A stretch of 30,900 nt of DNA from a virus (Duplodnaviria > Caudoviricetes). A program made the translations under genes and the position numbers. The notes beneath the pieces are model-generated. The model searched no databases. It was not told the origin of the DNA and saw only the letters and a program-made list of their open reading frames with translations. The DNA is taken from positions 1-30,900 of the IMG/VR virus record IMGVR_UViG_3300032243_000352; one strand, 5' to 3'. This document shows positions 9,531 to 18,241 of this stretch, piece after piece. Within the stretch, counting starts at the first letter, position 1; each line of letters starts with the position of its first letter.

Positions 9531-9560
9531 ACTAGGCAGGGATAAGAACATCATGTCAAC

Positions 9561-9584
9561 AAAAAGGAATACCAAGAGTATTCC
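9561..9584 (-). terminator. Rho-independent terminator
   Basis: GGAATAC/GTATTCC stem then TTTTT on the minus strand, just after the ORF 9596 stop. Confidence 0.65.
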
Positions 9585-9595
9585 CCCTTAGTATA

Positions 9596-10468
9596 TCACT
9601 CAACTACATATGCAAACTCATCATTTAGTTTGACACCGATAGTTGTTACAATCTCGTAGTCTTTAAGGACTTTGAATACTGCATATTTACTTTGTACTGC
9701 ATCGGGTAATGAGTCAAAACCGTCGTATCTTCTAAGAGTATCATTAAAAAAATCAAATACATTTAATTTGCCATCAGACAATACTTGAACACCATAACCT
9801 TTATTATCAGCGAACATATCCTTAATATGTCTAGCATCTTCATAAAGCCCGCAACGCTCGTCATGCTCTTTAGTAGCCTTTACAGATTTAAGTTTTGATG
9901 GTAACTTCACAGTTGTCTCACCGACTAACCTCGCTTGATACGCAAGAGTAGCATATATAAAGGCTTCATCGGTAACTTCAAAACTCCACCTTAAATTGTT
10001 CGCATAGTTATTGAAGCAATGATGTATACCCTCTGCTAATTGTTTTCTAATTAGAGACTTGGCTTCATTGTCTGCTCTAGCAACAAGCGTTTTCTTTGCA
10101 AGGCGTATTGCTACCTTCATATCTTTTGATGCTGTAACATTCTGCGAGCCTCTGCTCTTGCTGATACGGAAAGACTCAACCTCATAAACCAAATCTTTCT
10201 CGTGTCCTCGATGCCGTATGTCCGTACTGATAGCACCTAACTGCTCACCGTTCTCGTACACCAATAAGCCCGTTATAAATTGTACGCTCTGCTCGATGCC
10301 ATCGCTATCCTTTACCCACATATGCTTTGTGCATGATGTAGCATCAACAACAAAGTTAACCATAGGCTTGAGCATAGATACCTTCATTGCAAATTCTTCC
10401 AGCCCATCATAAAGGGGGAGTTTCCCCCTTAGTTCTACATTCAAACTTGACTCATCATACTTAATCAT
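9596..10468 (-). CDS. Hypothetical protein
   Basis: 290-aa ORF coupled to the upstream gene. Confidence 0.75.
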   Translation of the reverse strand: MIKYDESSLNVELRGKLPLYDGLEEFAMKVSMLKPMVNFVVDATSCTKHMWVKDSDGIEQSVQFITGLLVYENGEQLGAISTDIRHRGHEKDLVYEVESFRISKSRGSQNVTASKDMKVAIRLAKKTLVARADNEAKSLIRKQLAEGIHHCFNNYANNLRWSFEVTDEAFIYATLAYQARLVGETTVKLPSKLKSVKATKEHDERCGLYEDARHIKDMFADNKGYGVQVLSDGKLNVFDFFNDTLRRYDGFDSLPDAVQSKYAVFKVLKDYEIVTTIGVKLNDEFAYVVE

Positions 10469-10677
10469 TTTGTACCTTTCATTTTTTCCATAAGGATTCT
10501 TCCAAGTTCATACCTAGCCCCGTTTGCTTTTAAATGTTTATCAACTATCTCAATTGCGTTGATTGGGTCAGTCGCCATAACTTCGACCTTCCCGTTCTCG
10601 ATTGTTTCTACTACATGCAACACCCTGTCAAATGAATCAGACTTAGGTGTGTTCGGATACTTAACATACGCAATCAT
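10465..10677 (-). CDS. Hypothetical protein
   Basis: 70 aa with RBS AAGGGGG. Confidence 0.6.
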   Translation of the reverse strand: MIAYVKYPNTPKSDSFDRVLHVVETIENGKVEVMATDPINAIEIVDKHLKANGARYELGRILMEKMKGTK

Positions 10678-10686
10678 ACGACCCCC

Positions 10687-11574
10687 TTAGAAATTAAACT
10701 TGTTTAGAATTGTATCGACATCTCGTTTGACATCGTCACGCAATGTAAGACTATCCCGTAGTCTGTCGGGTGTTATACCGTTCATTCTATTTGCAAGCAT
10801 ACGACGAGCGTCTTCAAGTTTCTCATCTCCAGTTAAGTTGAAATGAGTTAGCAAGGTCGTAATCTCGTTAGCGTTCTCGACAAGTGAATCACGGAATACT
10901 CTAGGCTTGTGCGTCGGGTCTCCATACTCGTCGATTACAATATCAACCTCTAGTCGCTCACTCATACGGCTCAAGCAATCGTGCAATCTGTTCCACGCTT
11001 CCTTCATTGCGTTAGCAAGTCGTTGCTCGTAAGCATTACTACATGATTCCATAATACTGTTCTTGGCTTCCTCGCTTATGTCGATACGGAAGTCGCCACT
11101 CGTAGGCACAGGCATGAAGGTATACGCAAAAGAAAACTTAGACCGAATCTTTTCGGGTTCGGGATACTCTGTTCTGTCGAATAGATTGCCAAGTTGAAAC
11201 GCAGCCGCACTCACTAAGTTCGGATATGCCTCGATAAACTTATCGACTAAAGCGTTGTAGTTATCTTCCAATGTGGCTAACTGTTTCTTGTACGCTATGA
11301 AGTTACCAACAGGCAACAAGCGTAAGCCGTTGTCCGACCAAGCCAGAGTCTGAGAGTTGTGCCAGCCTCTAGCATTAGATGCGTACTTAGTGAGCGTATC
11401 CAAGAACCCTGTGCCTGCTAAGAGGTTCTTGTTGTAATTGCCTGCACGAGTCTTAGTGTGCTTATCCACATCTACCTCGGCTGAAACTTTCTTGTCCAAC
11501 TTGCGAGCAGTCCAGCCCTTGATTGATAACTCGACTAGCATTGCAGATGATGCGATTGATATAGTATTTTCCAT
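10687..11574 (-). CDS. DUF3150-like protein
   Basis: LVELSIKGWTARKLD, TLAWSDNGLRLLP and FDRTEYP. This family is commonly found beside AAA/VWA gene pairs. Confidence 0.6.
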   Translation of the reverse strand: MENTISIASSAMLVELSIKGWTARKLDKKVSAEVDVDKHTKTRAGNYNKNLLAGTGFLDTLTKYASNARGWHNSQTLAWSDNGLRLLPVGNFIAYKKQLATLEDNYNALVDKFIEAYPNLVSAAAFQLGNLFDRTEYPEPEKIRSKFSFAYTFMPVPTSGDFRIDISEEAKNSIMESCSNAYEQRLANAMKEAWNRLHDCLSRMSERLEVDIVIDEYGDPTHKPRVFRDSLVENANEITTLLTHFNLTGDEKLEDARRMLANRMNGITPDRLRDSLTLRDDVKRDVDTILNKFNF

Positions 11575-11593
11575 GATAATTCCTTTTTGTTGT

Positions 11594-11622
11594 GGACAGA
11601 GTTACGTTTTATAACTTTGTCC
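11594..11622. repeat. 29-bp palindromic repeat, copy 2
   Basis: GGACAGAGTTAC GTTTT ATAACTTTGTCC, 20 nt upstream of ATG 11574. Confidence 0.95.
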
Positions 11623-11788
11623 GTTGGTTGTAATGTTTAACTAAAATTTCTACTACTTGCGTATAACTTATCTTTACATCAAGTTCATTCGCATACTTCT
11701 CTTTGATGACATCTAACATCTCAACAACAGGCTTGTTGATTGAAATAGTTATCCGACTATCTGACTTCCTACCACGCTCATTACTCAT
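11609..11788 (-). CDS. Putative ribbon-helix-helix DNA-binding protein, 59 aa
   Basis: Not in the ORF track. MSNERGRKSDSRITISINKPVVEMLDVIKEKYANELDVKISYTQVVEILVKHYNQRTKL, with an ATGA overlap with the upstream gene. Confidence 0.65.
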   Translation of the reverse strand: MSNERGRKSDSRITISINKPVVEMLDVIKEKYANELDVKISYTQVVEILVKHYNQRTKL

Positions 11789-12039
11789 ACTTTATTCCCT
11801 TCGTTAAAATTTAAAAACTTCTCCATTGCCATTGCTTCGTCTTTGGTCAAGTCATTCCGAATGAGTTCATGCACCTCATTCGGAATGTTAAGTAGTGGGC
11901 ATGCTACATATCTTTTGTCTTCCCTAAGCACTAAGCCAAAAACACCTGTGTCATAGTCTAACTTAGTCTTAACCAAAACAATAACAGCCCACTTACCCCC
12001 ATCAACGGCTCGTTTATCGAACCATTTCTTAGTCAACAT
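11785..12039 (-). CDS. Hypothetical protein
   Basis: Likely start MLTKKW at 12039, overlapping the VWA gene end. Confidence 0.6.
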   Translation of the reverse strand: MLTKKWFDKRAVDGGKWAVIVLVKTKLDYDTGVFGLVLREDKRYVACPLLNIPNEVHELIRNDLTKDEAMAMEKFLNFNEGNKV

Positions 12040-13243
12040 AAATAACTTTACCTTGAACCATAGTATTGTCAAAGTTGGGATTACCCTTGATGCACCATAG
12101 AACAGGGGTTGGAGATATCTTCGCCCAGTCTTTCGCCTTCTGCCTATCTATATAGCCATCAGTAAATATGATTAAGCACTCTGGAGAGATGTTCTCTTTC
12201 ACCAAGTATCTCGGCACAACTTCGGGACTAGTACCCCCACCACCTCTTGCTCTAGTAACCTCAACTGCACTAGCCACCTCGTTGCCAACATATATCTCAT
12301 GCTTCTCGACATCAGAGTCCCAATACAATAGATGCATACATTCGGGAGTAACCTCCTCGCAGATAGACTTAACCTCAGACAAGAAGTTAGGCAAGTCGTG
12401 ATAGCACGAACCCGACACATCAACACCGACGGCAATCGCTCCGACCTTCTCGGAATAAGACGACGGCATAATGATATCCATGCCTATGTATCTCTTGTGC
12501 AATCTACGCCAAGTAGTCTGGTCTTTACCTTGCATGGTTGATTTGACAAAGTCACGCAACGCATCTCTCCAATCTATCTTCGGAGTGAGCATCTCTTTGA
12601 TATCTTGTGGGACATCACCTTTCATCTTACCCACAAGAATAGAGCCTTGTCGTAATGCGTTCTCAATCTCGGTGGCTGACTCCTCGATTTCTTCTTGGGT
12701 TAATTCTTCTGCACCTTCCCAATCATGCTCGTCAAACTTGTAGCCATCACCAGTTTCTTCGCCTTTACCTTTGCCATAGTCCTTGCCTAACTCCTTCTCA
12801 AGAATCTTGTAGACTTGGGCTGAGTCCATGCCACGATACTTAGTATCAAGCAAGCCTATCTTATTACCATCTGCGTCAGTCGGGAACTCGATGTCTTGGT
12901 AATTCGGGTCGTAGTCATGCAACTGTATATTGATAACATAATCACATGCCATGTTAGCAAGGGTTGCGTTCTTCTTGTATAGATGCTTCCACACAATCAG
13001 ATGACGATAAGCCTTGTGCATATTCTCATGCAGTATAAGAAACGCAACTTGCTTGTCGTTCAGCGACATAATAAAGTCACGACCATAGACTACGCTTAAG
13101 CCATTGGTTTTTGCAGTCTTAACCTTATCATCTACTGAAACCTTACCTACCATGAAGAGCCCTGAAAACAGACAGAACTTCGCATGCTTCATAAGTTGGA
13201 TGTGGCATCTCTCGATGCGTTGCTCGGCAGTTAGTTTAGCCAT
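12029..13243 (-). CDS. DUF2201-type putative metallopeptidase with VWA domain
   Basis: HExxH (LHENMH), NMACDYVIN, MIDAS VDVSGS, GGGT and FTDGY. Confidence 0.88.
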   Translation of the reverse strand: MAKLTAEQRIERCHIQLMKHAKFCLFSGLFMVGKVSVDDKVKTAKTNGLSVVYGRDFIMSLNDKQVAFLILHENMHKAYRHLIVWKHLYKKNATLANMACDYVINIQLHDYDPNYQDIEFPTDADGNKIGLLDTKYRGMDSAQVYKILEKELGKDYGKGKGEETGDGYKFDEHDWEGAEELTQEEIEESATEIENALRQGSILVGKMKGDVPQDIKEMLTPKIDWRDALRDFVKSTMQGKDQTTWRRLHKRYIGMDIIMPSSYSEKVGAIAVGVDVSGSCYHDLPNFLSEVKSICEEVTPECMHLLYWDSDVEKHEIYVGNEVASAVEVTRARGGGGTSPEVVPRYLVKENISPECLIIFTDGYIDRQKAKDWAKISPTPVLWCIKGNPNFDNTMVQGKVIYVD

Positions 13244-13500
13244 TGTAAATTCTCCGTTCCTTTTGATTGTTCTTCGATAGATTCTTCATTCTCTTTTTCC
13301 CATGCTACACACGCACCCGATACTCCGTTTATTAAAACGGCTGGGGACATACCCGACTCAAGTGCAACCTCTACCAACATAGACATAAGCAAGGACATAA
13401 CCTCACCTAAGTTTAAGTTGTTATCTTCAAACACATCGCCTACTTCAGACTTGATGTTACGCAACTTGTTAATCATTACTTCTATTTCTTTATCGTCCAT
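13231..13500 (-). CDS. Acidic hypothetical protein
   Basis: 89 aa with RBS GAGGA. Confidence 0.65.
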   Translation of the reverse strand: MDDKEIEVMINKLRNIKSEVGDVFEDNNLNLGEVMSLLMSMLVEVALESGMSPAVLINGVSGACVAWEKENEESIEEQSKGTENLQWLN

Positions 13501-13519
13501 GATGCTTCCTCTTTGTTGT

Positions 13520-13548
13520 GGACAAAGTTACGAAATATAACTTTGTCC
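13520..13548. repeat. 29-bp palindromic repeat, copy 3
   Basis: GGACAAAGTTAC GAAAT ATAACTTTGTCC, 20 nt upstream of ATG 13500. Confidence 0.95.
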
Positions 13549-13562
13549 GTTGGTTTAACTAC

Positions 13563-14657
13563 TTAGAATAAATACTGATTGGTACGCATCCAATCAACAA
13601 ACGATTGGCTCGTTAAGAACACCTTCTTCTTGTCGTCATTGTTCATACCCGTCAAGCAGAAGATAGACTGCAACTCCTTCGGTGTGCGTTGGAGATACTC
13701 AAAGAACTTACCGATTGTTTGTCGGTCAACTCGTTGCACGGCACTAAACGCAAGTAGACATAGAGCAGCAGGTGATGATGGTACTTTAGCACCCATCGGG
13801 TCTCGAATGATTGACTCCCATGTCGGCAATGTATCTGCCACATCAACAAACGCCATCAAATCTCGTGCGGCTGGAGCACCGATTGTTCCTTCGAGTGCCG
13901 TGATAATCGCATTGGTTGTATTGCCTGCTCTAACTGCAAGAATGTTACTTGCCCTTTGCAATGACCTCGGTGATACGAAAGATTTCTGTGCTTCCTTCGG
14001 ATTGAAGATATACTTGTTACCCCCTTGTCCTGCGTCAAGATAGGATGCGAGGATTTGTGGGTTCTCCTTAGTCCATGCGAGAATCTCGGCAACGATATTG
14101 TTTGCTACTGCCCAAGCACCCCATGAGTCTTTGTCGATAGAGCCATCAACATTAAACCCTGCGTGTGGTTTCTTGACTTGAATTACAGTCAGTCGGTTGC
14201 GACTATGCGACCTCATGTTATCGCCTACACCATCACCTGTGTAGTTACCTGCCGTTACGACTATGTCCTGCTCGTGCAATGGGCGACCCATAATCATGCG
14301 TGGGAAGTTAAGCATTGGGTGTAGCATATTCTGAACTGCGTTCGGGGCTTTAGTGAACTCGTCAATAAAGATAACCTTCGGCTCGTCGATATGGAAACCC
14401 CATTGGTCGTTAGGGTAAATGCAAGTCGTCTTGGTTTCATGGTTCGGAATCGGGATACCCAACTCGCCCAACTCCACATTCGGTGCATCAATATAAATAC
14501 CACGATACCCTGTGCGACGGACAATGTTCTTAAACATTGAGGTTTTACCAACTCCGGGTTCGCCCACTAAGTGTACGCTACCGTTTGAGCCTAACGCAAT
14601 GATTAAGTCCTCTGCTTCTTTGAGGGTTGCAACTCTGTTTAATAATACATCTGACAT
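13563..14657 (-). CDS. MoxR/CbbQ-like AAA+ ATPase
   Basis: Walker A GEPGVGKT, Walker B IFIDE, TAGN, RNR and sensor II SPRS. Confidence 0.9.
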   Translation of the reverse strand: MSDVLLNRVATLKEAEDLIIALGSNGSVHLVGEPGVGKTSMFKNIVRRTGYRGIYIDAPNVELGELGIPIPNHETKTTCIYPNDQWGFHIDEPKVIFIDEFTKAPNAVQNMLHPMLNFPRMIMGRPLHEQDIVVTAGNYTGDGVGDNMRSHSRNRLTVIQVKKPHAGFNVDGSIDKDSWGAWAVANNIVAEILAWTKENPQILASYLDAGQGGNKYIFNPKEAQKSFVSPRSLQRASNILAVRAGNTTNAIITALEGTIGAPAARDLMAFVDVADTLPTWESIIRDPMGAKVPSSPAALCLLAFSAVQRVDRQTIGKFFEYLQRTPKELQSIFCLTGMNNDDKKKVFLTSQSFVDWMRTNQYLF

Positions 14658-14685
14658 AATAATTCCTTTTTGATTAAGTTAAGTT

Positions 14686-14714
14686 GGACAAGGTTACGGA
14701 GTGTAACTCTGTCC
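14686..14714. repeat. 29-bp palindromic repeat, copy 4
   Basis: GGACAAGGTTAC GGAGT GTAACTCTGTCC. Confidence 0.93.
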
Positions 14715-14720
14715 GTTGGT

Positions 14721-15725
14721 TTAGTTTGATACATACTTCAAATTAGCGTCTTTGAAACCGACACCTACTTCAACATCACTTGCTACTGATACTTCATTAA
14801 AAAACTGGAACTTCAACAACTCTGTCCATTGCCTGTTAAAAGCGTCGACTTTGCATACGCAACAACTATCTTTGTAGTTCCATTTGCCAAATGAATAACT
14901 AACATACAATGCTAGAGAATACATTAATTCTAAGTCACCATTCCGCGTGACCTTATCCAAATGTTCAAACAACCTTGCTCTATTCAAAGCAGACTTGTTC
15001 TCTCCCATGTAGTTGTGATTACCCAAAAGTTGGCTATGCCACAAACCTAACTCAGTCGTTATTGCTTCAGCATCTTCTCTCTTGATAGTATTACTCATCG
15101 ACAACATGACATGGCAATACTCTCTAAAGAACTCGTATCGCTTACGCACCACATTCATAGCCTTGCGATTAATCGTATGCTTCTTCTCGTCAACAGGATT
15201 GACTACTTCATACTTACCTTCTTCGTTAGGCTTAAGCAATATTCGGAAAGACTCACGCCATTTCTTATGGTCGGTATCAGCACCATAATCGAACCGAGTA
15301 TTATCCTGTTTGATGTAGTGATACTTCTTGTCATGTTGTTGATACCAATACCACTTACCTTTTATGCTCTCGATATAACCAAAACCATGAGTTACATAAT
15401 TAATGAAAGCCATAGTAGTTGGTGTATGCCAACCATAGGTACGAATAGCCACGCTACCATCGGGGTAGAACTCTACACAGTCTAAGTTCTTATACAATGT
15501 ACAAGAATAGGTTGTGATGTATTGTCCCAGAAACCCATCTTCGACCACACGACGGTTTTCTTTAATCTCGTACCAAGTAAAGCGACGCATAGCACCAAGA
15601 GGTCGGACAGTCCGACCACGAATAGGTCTAACTTCTTGGTAATGCTTTCTTGCTTCAGCATAGTTTGAGAGCGAGGGGATTCTGGCACAGTTGCCTAACC
15701 CCCAATATGATGGTGTATAACTCAT
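14721..15725 (-). CDS. Hypothetical protein
   Basis: 334 aa, TAATG coupling with the upstream gene. Confidence 0.75.
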   Translation of the reverse strand: MSYTPSYWGLGNCARIPSLSNYAEARKHYQEVRPIRGRTVRPLGAMRRFTWYEIKENRRVVEDGFLGQYITTYSCTLYKNLDCVEFYPDGSVAIRTYGWHTPTTMAFINYVTHGFGYIESIKGKWYWYQQHDKKYHYIKQDNTRFDYGADTDHKKWRESFRILLKPNEEGKYEVVNPVDEKKHTINRKAMNVVRKRYEFFREYCHVMLSMSNTIKREDAEAITTELGLWHSQLLGNHNYMGENKSALNRARLFEHLDKVTRNGDLELMYSLALYVSYSFGKWNYKDSCCVCKVDAFNRQWTELLKFQFFNEVSVASDVEVGVGFKDANLKYVSN

Positions 15726-16324
15726 TATTTCTTCCCTTCTAAATAAGATACGATTACCTTCAAGCGTGCAACTTCACGATTGAGTTCTTCAACTTTGTCT
15801 TTCTCGTCTGTATATTTAAATACCAACGATTCGTATTTAGCCATCAAGACTTTATGCTCGTCGTCAAGTTTGACATACTCGGCAGTAACATCATCTGATT
15901 CGACAATGCGTTGCGGCTCAAACCCCACGCTATGCTCACGGGCAGTAACATCACCATCACCATAGAAGCCTGTGTGAGTTCTAACCTTTTCTTCTTGTCT
16001 GACTAGCATAACCTTAGTAACCTCTGAACTTAGTGGTGTTGGCTCTGCTTGGGCAGGGGATAAATCTTTGTTCGGGTGGAACTTCTTTCTGAAGTCCAAC
16101 GCTAATTGCGTAGGCTTCGAGCCAGTTTTCTTCTTTTTACTTCTGCGTTTGACATCAAACCCATACTTCTCACGCATGACCTTAGTCAAATGAATGATGT
16201 AAGCCGTACGATTTGAGTCGGTGTTTAGATGCGACAACTTAACAATCATTGCTTCAGCATCATGTGTGCCATTGATAAACTCTTCTGTTACTGCTTTGCT
16301 AATTCCTTTATTGATAACAGCCAT
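15725..16324 (-). CDS. Hypothetical protein, basic patch and C-terminal coiled coil
   Basis: 199 aa with RBS AAGGAG. Confidence 0.7.
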   Translation of the reverse strand: MAVINKGISKAVTEEFINGTHDAEAMIVKLSHLNTDSNRTAYIIHLTKVMREKYGFDVKRRSKKKKTGSKPTQLALDFRKKFHPNKDLSPAQAEPTPLSSEVTKVMLVRQEEKVRTHTGFYGDGDVTAREHSVGFEPQRIVESDDVTAEYVKLDDEHKVLMAKYESLVFKYTDEKDKVEELNREVARLKVIVSYLEGKK

Positions 16325-16354
16325 TTTGAAACTCCTTGATTAAATTAAATTAAC

Positions 16355-16383
16355 GGACATAGTTACGGAATGTAACTTTGTCT
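16355..16383. repeat. 29-bp palindromic repeat, copy 5
   Basis: GGACATAGTTAC GGAAT GTAACTTTGTCT. Confidence 0.9.
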
Positions 16384-16390
16384 TACTCTC

Positions 16391-16540
16391 CTACAGTCCT
16401 GCTCTTACTATCAACCACATTGCCACTAATGTTATTGCAATCGCTGGCAATCCAAAGAACACAAGTTCAATGATGAACAACTTCATATCCCTCATCTCTT
16501 CTTCTTGAGCCTCGATATTCTTCTCTTTAAACTTACCCAT
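16391..16540 (-). CDS. Small single-pass membrane protein, 49 aa
   Basis: Not in the ORF track. MGKFKEKNIEAQEEEMRDMKLFIIELVFFGLPAIAITLVAMWLIVRAGL, with TGATG overlap and GGGGAG RBS. Confidence 0.6.
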   Translation of the reverse strand: MGKFKEKNIEAQEEEMRDMKLFIIELVFFGLPAIAITLVAMWLIVRAGL

Positions 16541-16746
16541 CACTTCTCCCCTACCCATGATTTATTTAATTGCTTGTCCCGACCATCGAGATAAGCCTGT
16601 ACACTGGACGCAGATATTCTTCTGTGACCACCAAGCGTCATGTAATGTCTAAAGACACCTGCGTCTACCATCTTCTGCACAGTCCCTAAAGACAAGTCGC
16701 ACATTACTGCAACCTGCTTCGTTGTTAAGAATAACTTTGGTTTCAT
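16540..16746 (-). CDS. Excisionase-like (HTH_17/MerR-type) DNA-binding protein
   Basis: FLTTKQVAVMCDLSLGTVQKMVDAGVFRHYMTLGGHRRI. Likely start MKPK at 16746. Confidence 0.8.
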   Translation of the reverse strand: MKPKLFLTTKQVAVMCDLSLGTVQKMVDAGVFRHYMTLGGHRRISASSVQAYLDGRDKQLNKSWVGEK

Positions 16747-16748
16747 AT

Positions 16749-16964
16749 TTACTCCCATCTATATTTAGGGCAATCGGGAACAGTAGTGCGTGGCTTTCTA
16801 CGCATACGCATAGTGTCCACACCTAACTCTTTCAAACCATGACGCAGTTTGTCTAAGTCTCTGTCCATCTTGGCATACAACCACTCACGATATTGCCCGT
16901 TGGTTCGAGCAATACGCTTTCTTTTATGTGGTTTGCGATTCCACATACGCTCCAAGTCAGTCAT
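16749..16964 (-). CDS. Basic hypothetical protein
   Basis: 71 aa with RBS GGGGGA. Confidence 0.6.
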   Translation of the reverse strand: MTDLERMWNRKPHKRKRIARTNGQYREWLYAKMDRDLDKLRHGLKELGVDTMRMRRKPRTTVPDCPKYRWE

Positions 16965-16978
16965 TTTAATTTCCCCCT

Positions 16979-17065
16979 TTAAAAAAGATTTACATACACG
17001 GCTACCACTAGATAACTTAATGCTAGTGAGTTAAGCCAAACTGCGAACATCCAATTGATAAGCAT
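16979..17065 (-). CDS. Hydrophobic 28-aa peptide
   Basis: Not in the ORF track. MLINWMFAVWLNSLALSYLVVAVYVNLF, with TAATG overlap; it fills the intergenic gap. Confidence 0.45.
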   Translation of the reverse strand: MLINWMFAVWLNSLALSYLVVAVYVNLF

Positions 17066-17310
17066 TAGTTCCCCCCTTTCATCTTGTTGATTACTGCGTC
17101 GGTTGCGAGTTTGGCATTGATGTCGCTTTGAGTAATACCTCTGTCCCGAATCATTGAAATGATTGCACTCATACCCATTTGAAACCCTGTGAAGAAAGCA
17201 TCTGCATGAGATGGGTTTTCTATTTCTAGTGTCTCAAGGTCAGCCATGTACGATTCGTACCCCTGTTTCATAATGCCTTGCACCATACTTTCATATGCTT
17301 GCTTATCCAT
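17065..17310 (-). CDS. Hypothetical protein
   Basis: 81 aa, TAATG coupled. Confidence 0.65.
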   Translation of the reverse strand: MDKQAYESMVQGIMKQGYESYMADLETLEIENPSHADAFFTGFQMGMSAIISMIRDRGITQSDINAKLATDAVINKMKGGN

Positions 17311-17663
17311 TACTTAGTTCCCTTCGCTAGTTCAGTTGTTAAATTCACATACTCCCATGTCTCTTGGATTATGTCGTTTGAATACACCAAGGTATCCCTA
17401 AATTCGGGTGACCTATACGCTAGGGGTGTGTCCTCATCTGCATGATTAGCCATAGCGATAAGACAACCGAACAACTTCTTTTCAAGTTCGGTTAAGACTG
17501 CGATGTCCTCAACACTTGCTTGAGCATCGTGTATGAGAATCCAACTACCACTACCACCCCTATCGTCTTGCAGGGTTATGTGCGTTGCCTTGTTCGCAAT
17601 TGCTTCTGCAATCTTGTCTCCGATATGCATTGTTGCGATTAACTCTTTGTGTTGTGCGTTCAT
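17310..17663 (-). CDS. Hypothetical protein
   Basis: 117 aa with RBS GAGGAG. Confidence 0.65.
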   Translation of the reverse strand: MNAQHKELIATMHIGDKIAEAIANKATHITLQDDRGGSGSWILIHDAQASVEDIAVLTELEKKLFGCLIAMANHADEDTPLAYRSPEFRDTLVYSNDIIQETWEYVNLTTELAKGTK

Positions 17664-17686
17664 TCTTACTTCTCCTCTTGGTTGAT

Positions 17687-17715
17687 GGACAGAGTTACGA
17701 AATGTAACTTTGTCG
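17687..17715. repeat. 29-bp palindromic repeat, copy 6
   Basis: GGACAGAGTTAC GAAAT GTAACTTTGTCG. Confidence 0.92.
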
Positions 17716-17726
17716 GGTTGGTACTA

Positions 17727-18008
17727 CTAATCTGTCATCTTGTTAAGTCGGTCAATCATCTTGGCGATGTTCTCTTTCGCTTGCCACACGAGCAGTCGGC
17801 TATGGTCGGCAACAACCCCACGCTTGTACGCAAAGTCGAGTTGTGCTTTGATAGCCTCAAGGTCTAATGCTATTTTGGCTATGCTTTGCTCAAGCAATAG
17901 ATAATGTTCGGGGTCCGATAGAACTCCGTTTAATTCGTTTGCGATATCCTCGCTCTCGTGAGTGAAGTTAGGTAAGCCTAACTCTTGGTTTAATTCTCTG
18001 TCGTTCAT
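17727..18008 (-). CDS. Hypothetical protein
   Basis: 93 aa with GAGGA RBS and ATGA overlap. Confidence 0.65.
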   Translation of the reverse strand: MNDRELNQELGLPNFTHESEDIANELNGVLSDPEHYLLLEQSIAKIALDLEAIKAQLDFAYKRGVVADHSRLLVWQAKENIAKMIDRLNKMTD

Positions 18009-18220
18009 GTAGTCCTCTTTGGGTTGGTGAAGGATAATTCCTTCGGGTTGTAAATCAATTGATATGCACCCTTGTTATAAGGGATTGCTACTGTAAACTT
18101 GCGTTGTCGAGCCAGTTTTTCTCCACAAGGTAGGCATACTTTGTAACCTAACTCTGTCATACGCTCTAAGGCGAACTCGTCGCCACAAAGAATACATTGA
18201 GGTACATATTGCTCAAGCAT
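18005..18220 (-). CDS. C4 zinc-finger protein, DksA/TraR-like finger
   Basis: Start at 18220 (MLEQYV) after RBS AAAGGA. Contains CILCGDEFALERMTELGYKVCLPCG. Confidence 0.65.
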   Translation of the reverse strand: MLEQYVPQCILCGDEFALERMTELGYKVCLPCGEKLARQRKFTVAIPYNKGAYQLIYNPKELSFTNPKRTT

Positions 18221-18241
18221 AGGTTGATTCCTTTTTAGATT

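Noticed and set aside
9446-9560. Known self-cleaving ribozyme (hammerhead, HDV-like, twister, pistol)
   Set aside because: I could not find the conserved cores or matching stem order on either strand by eye.
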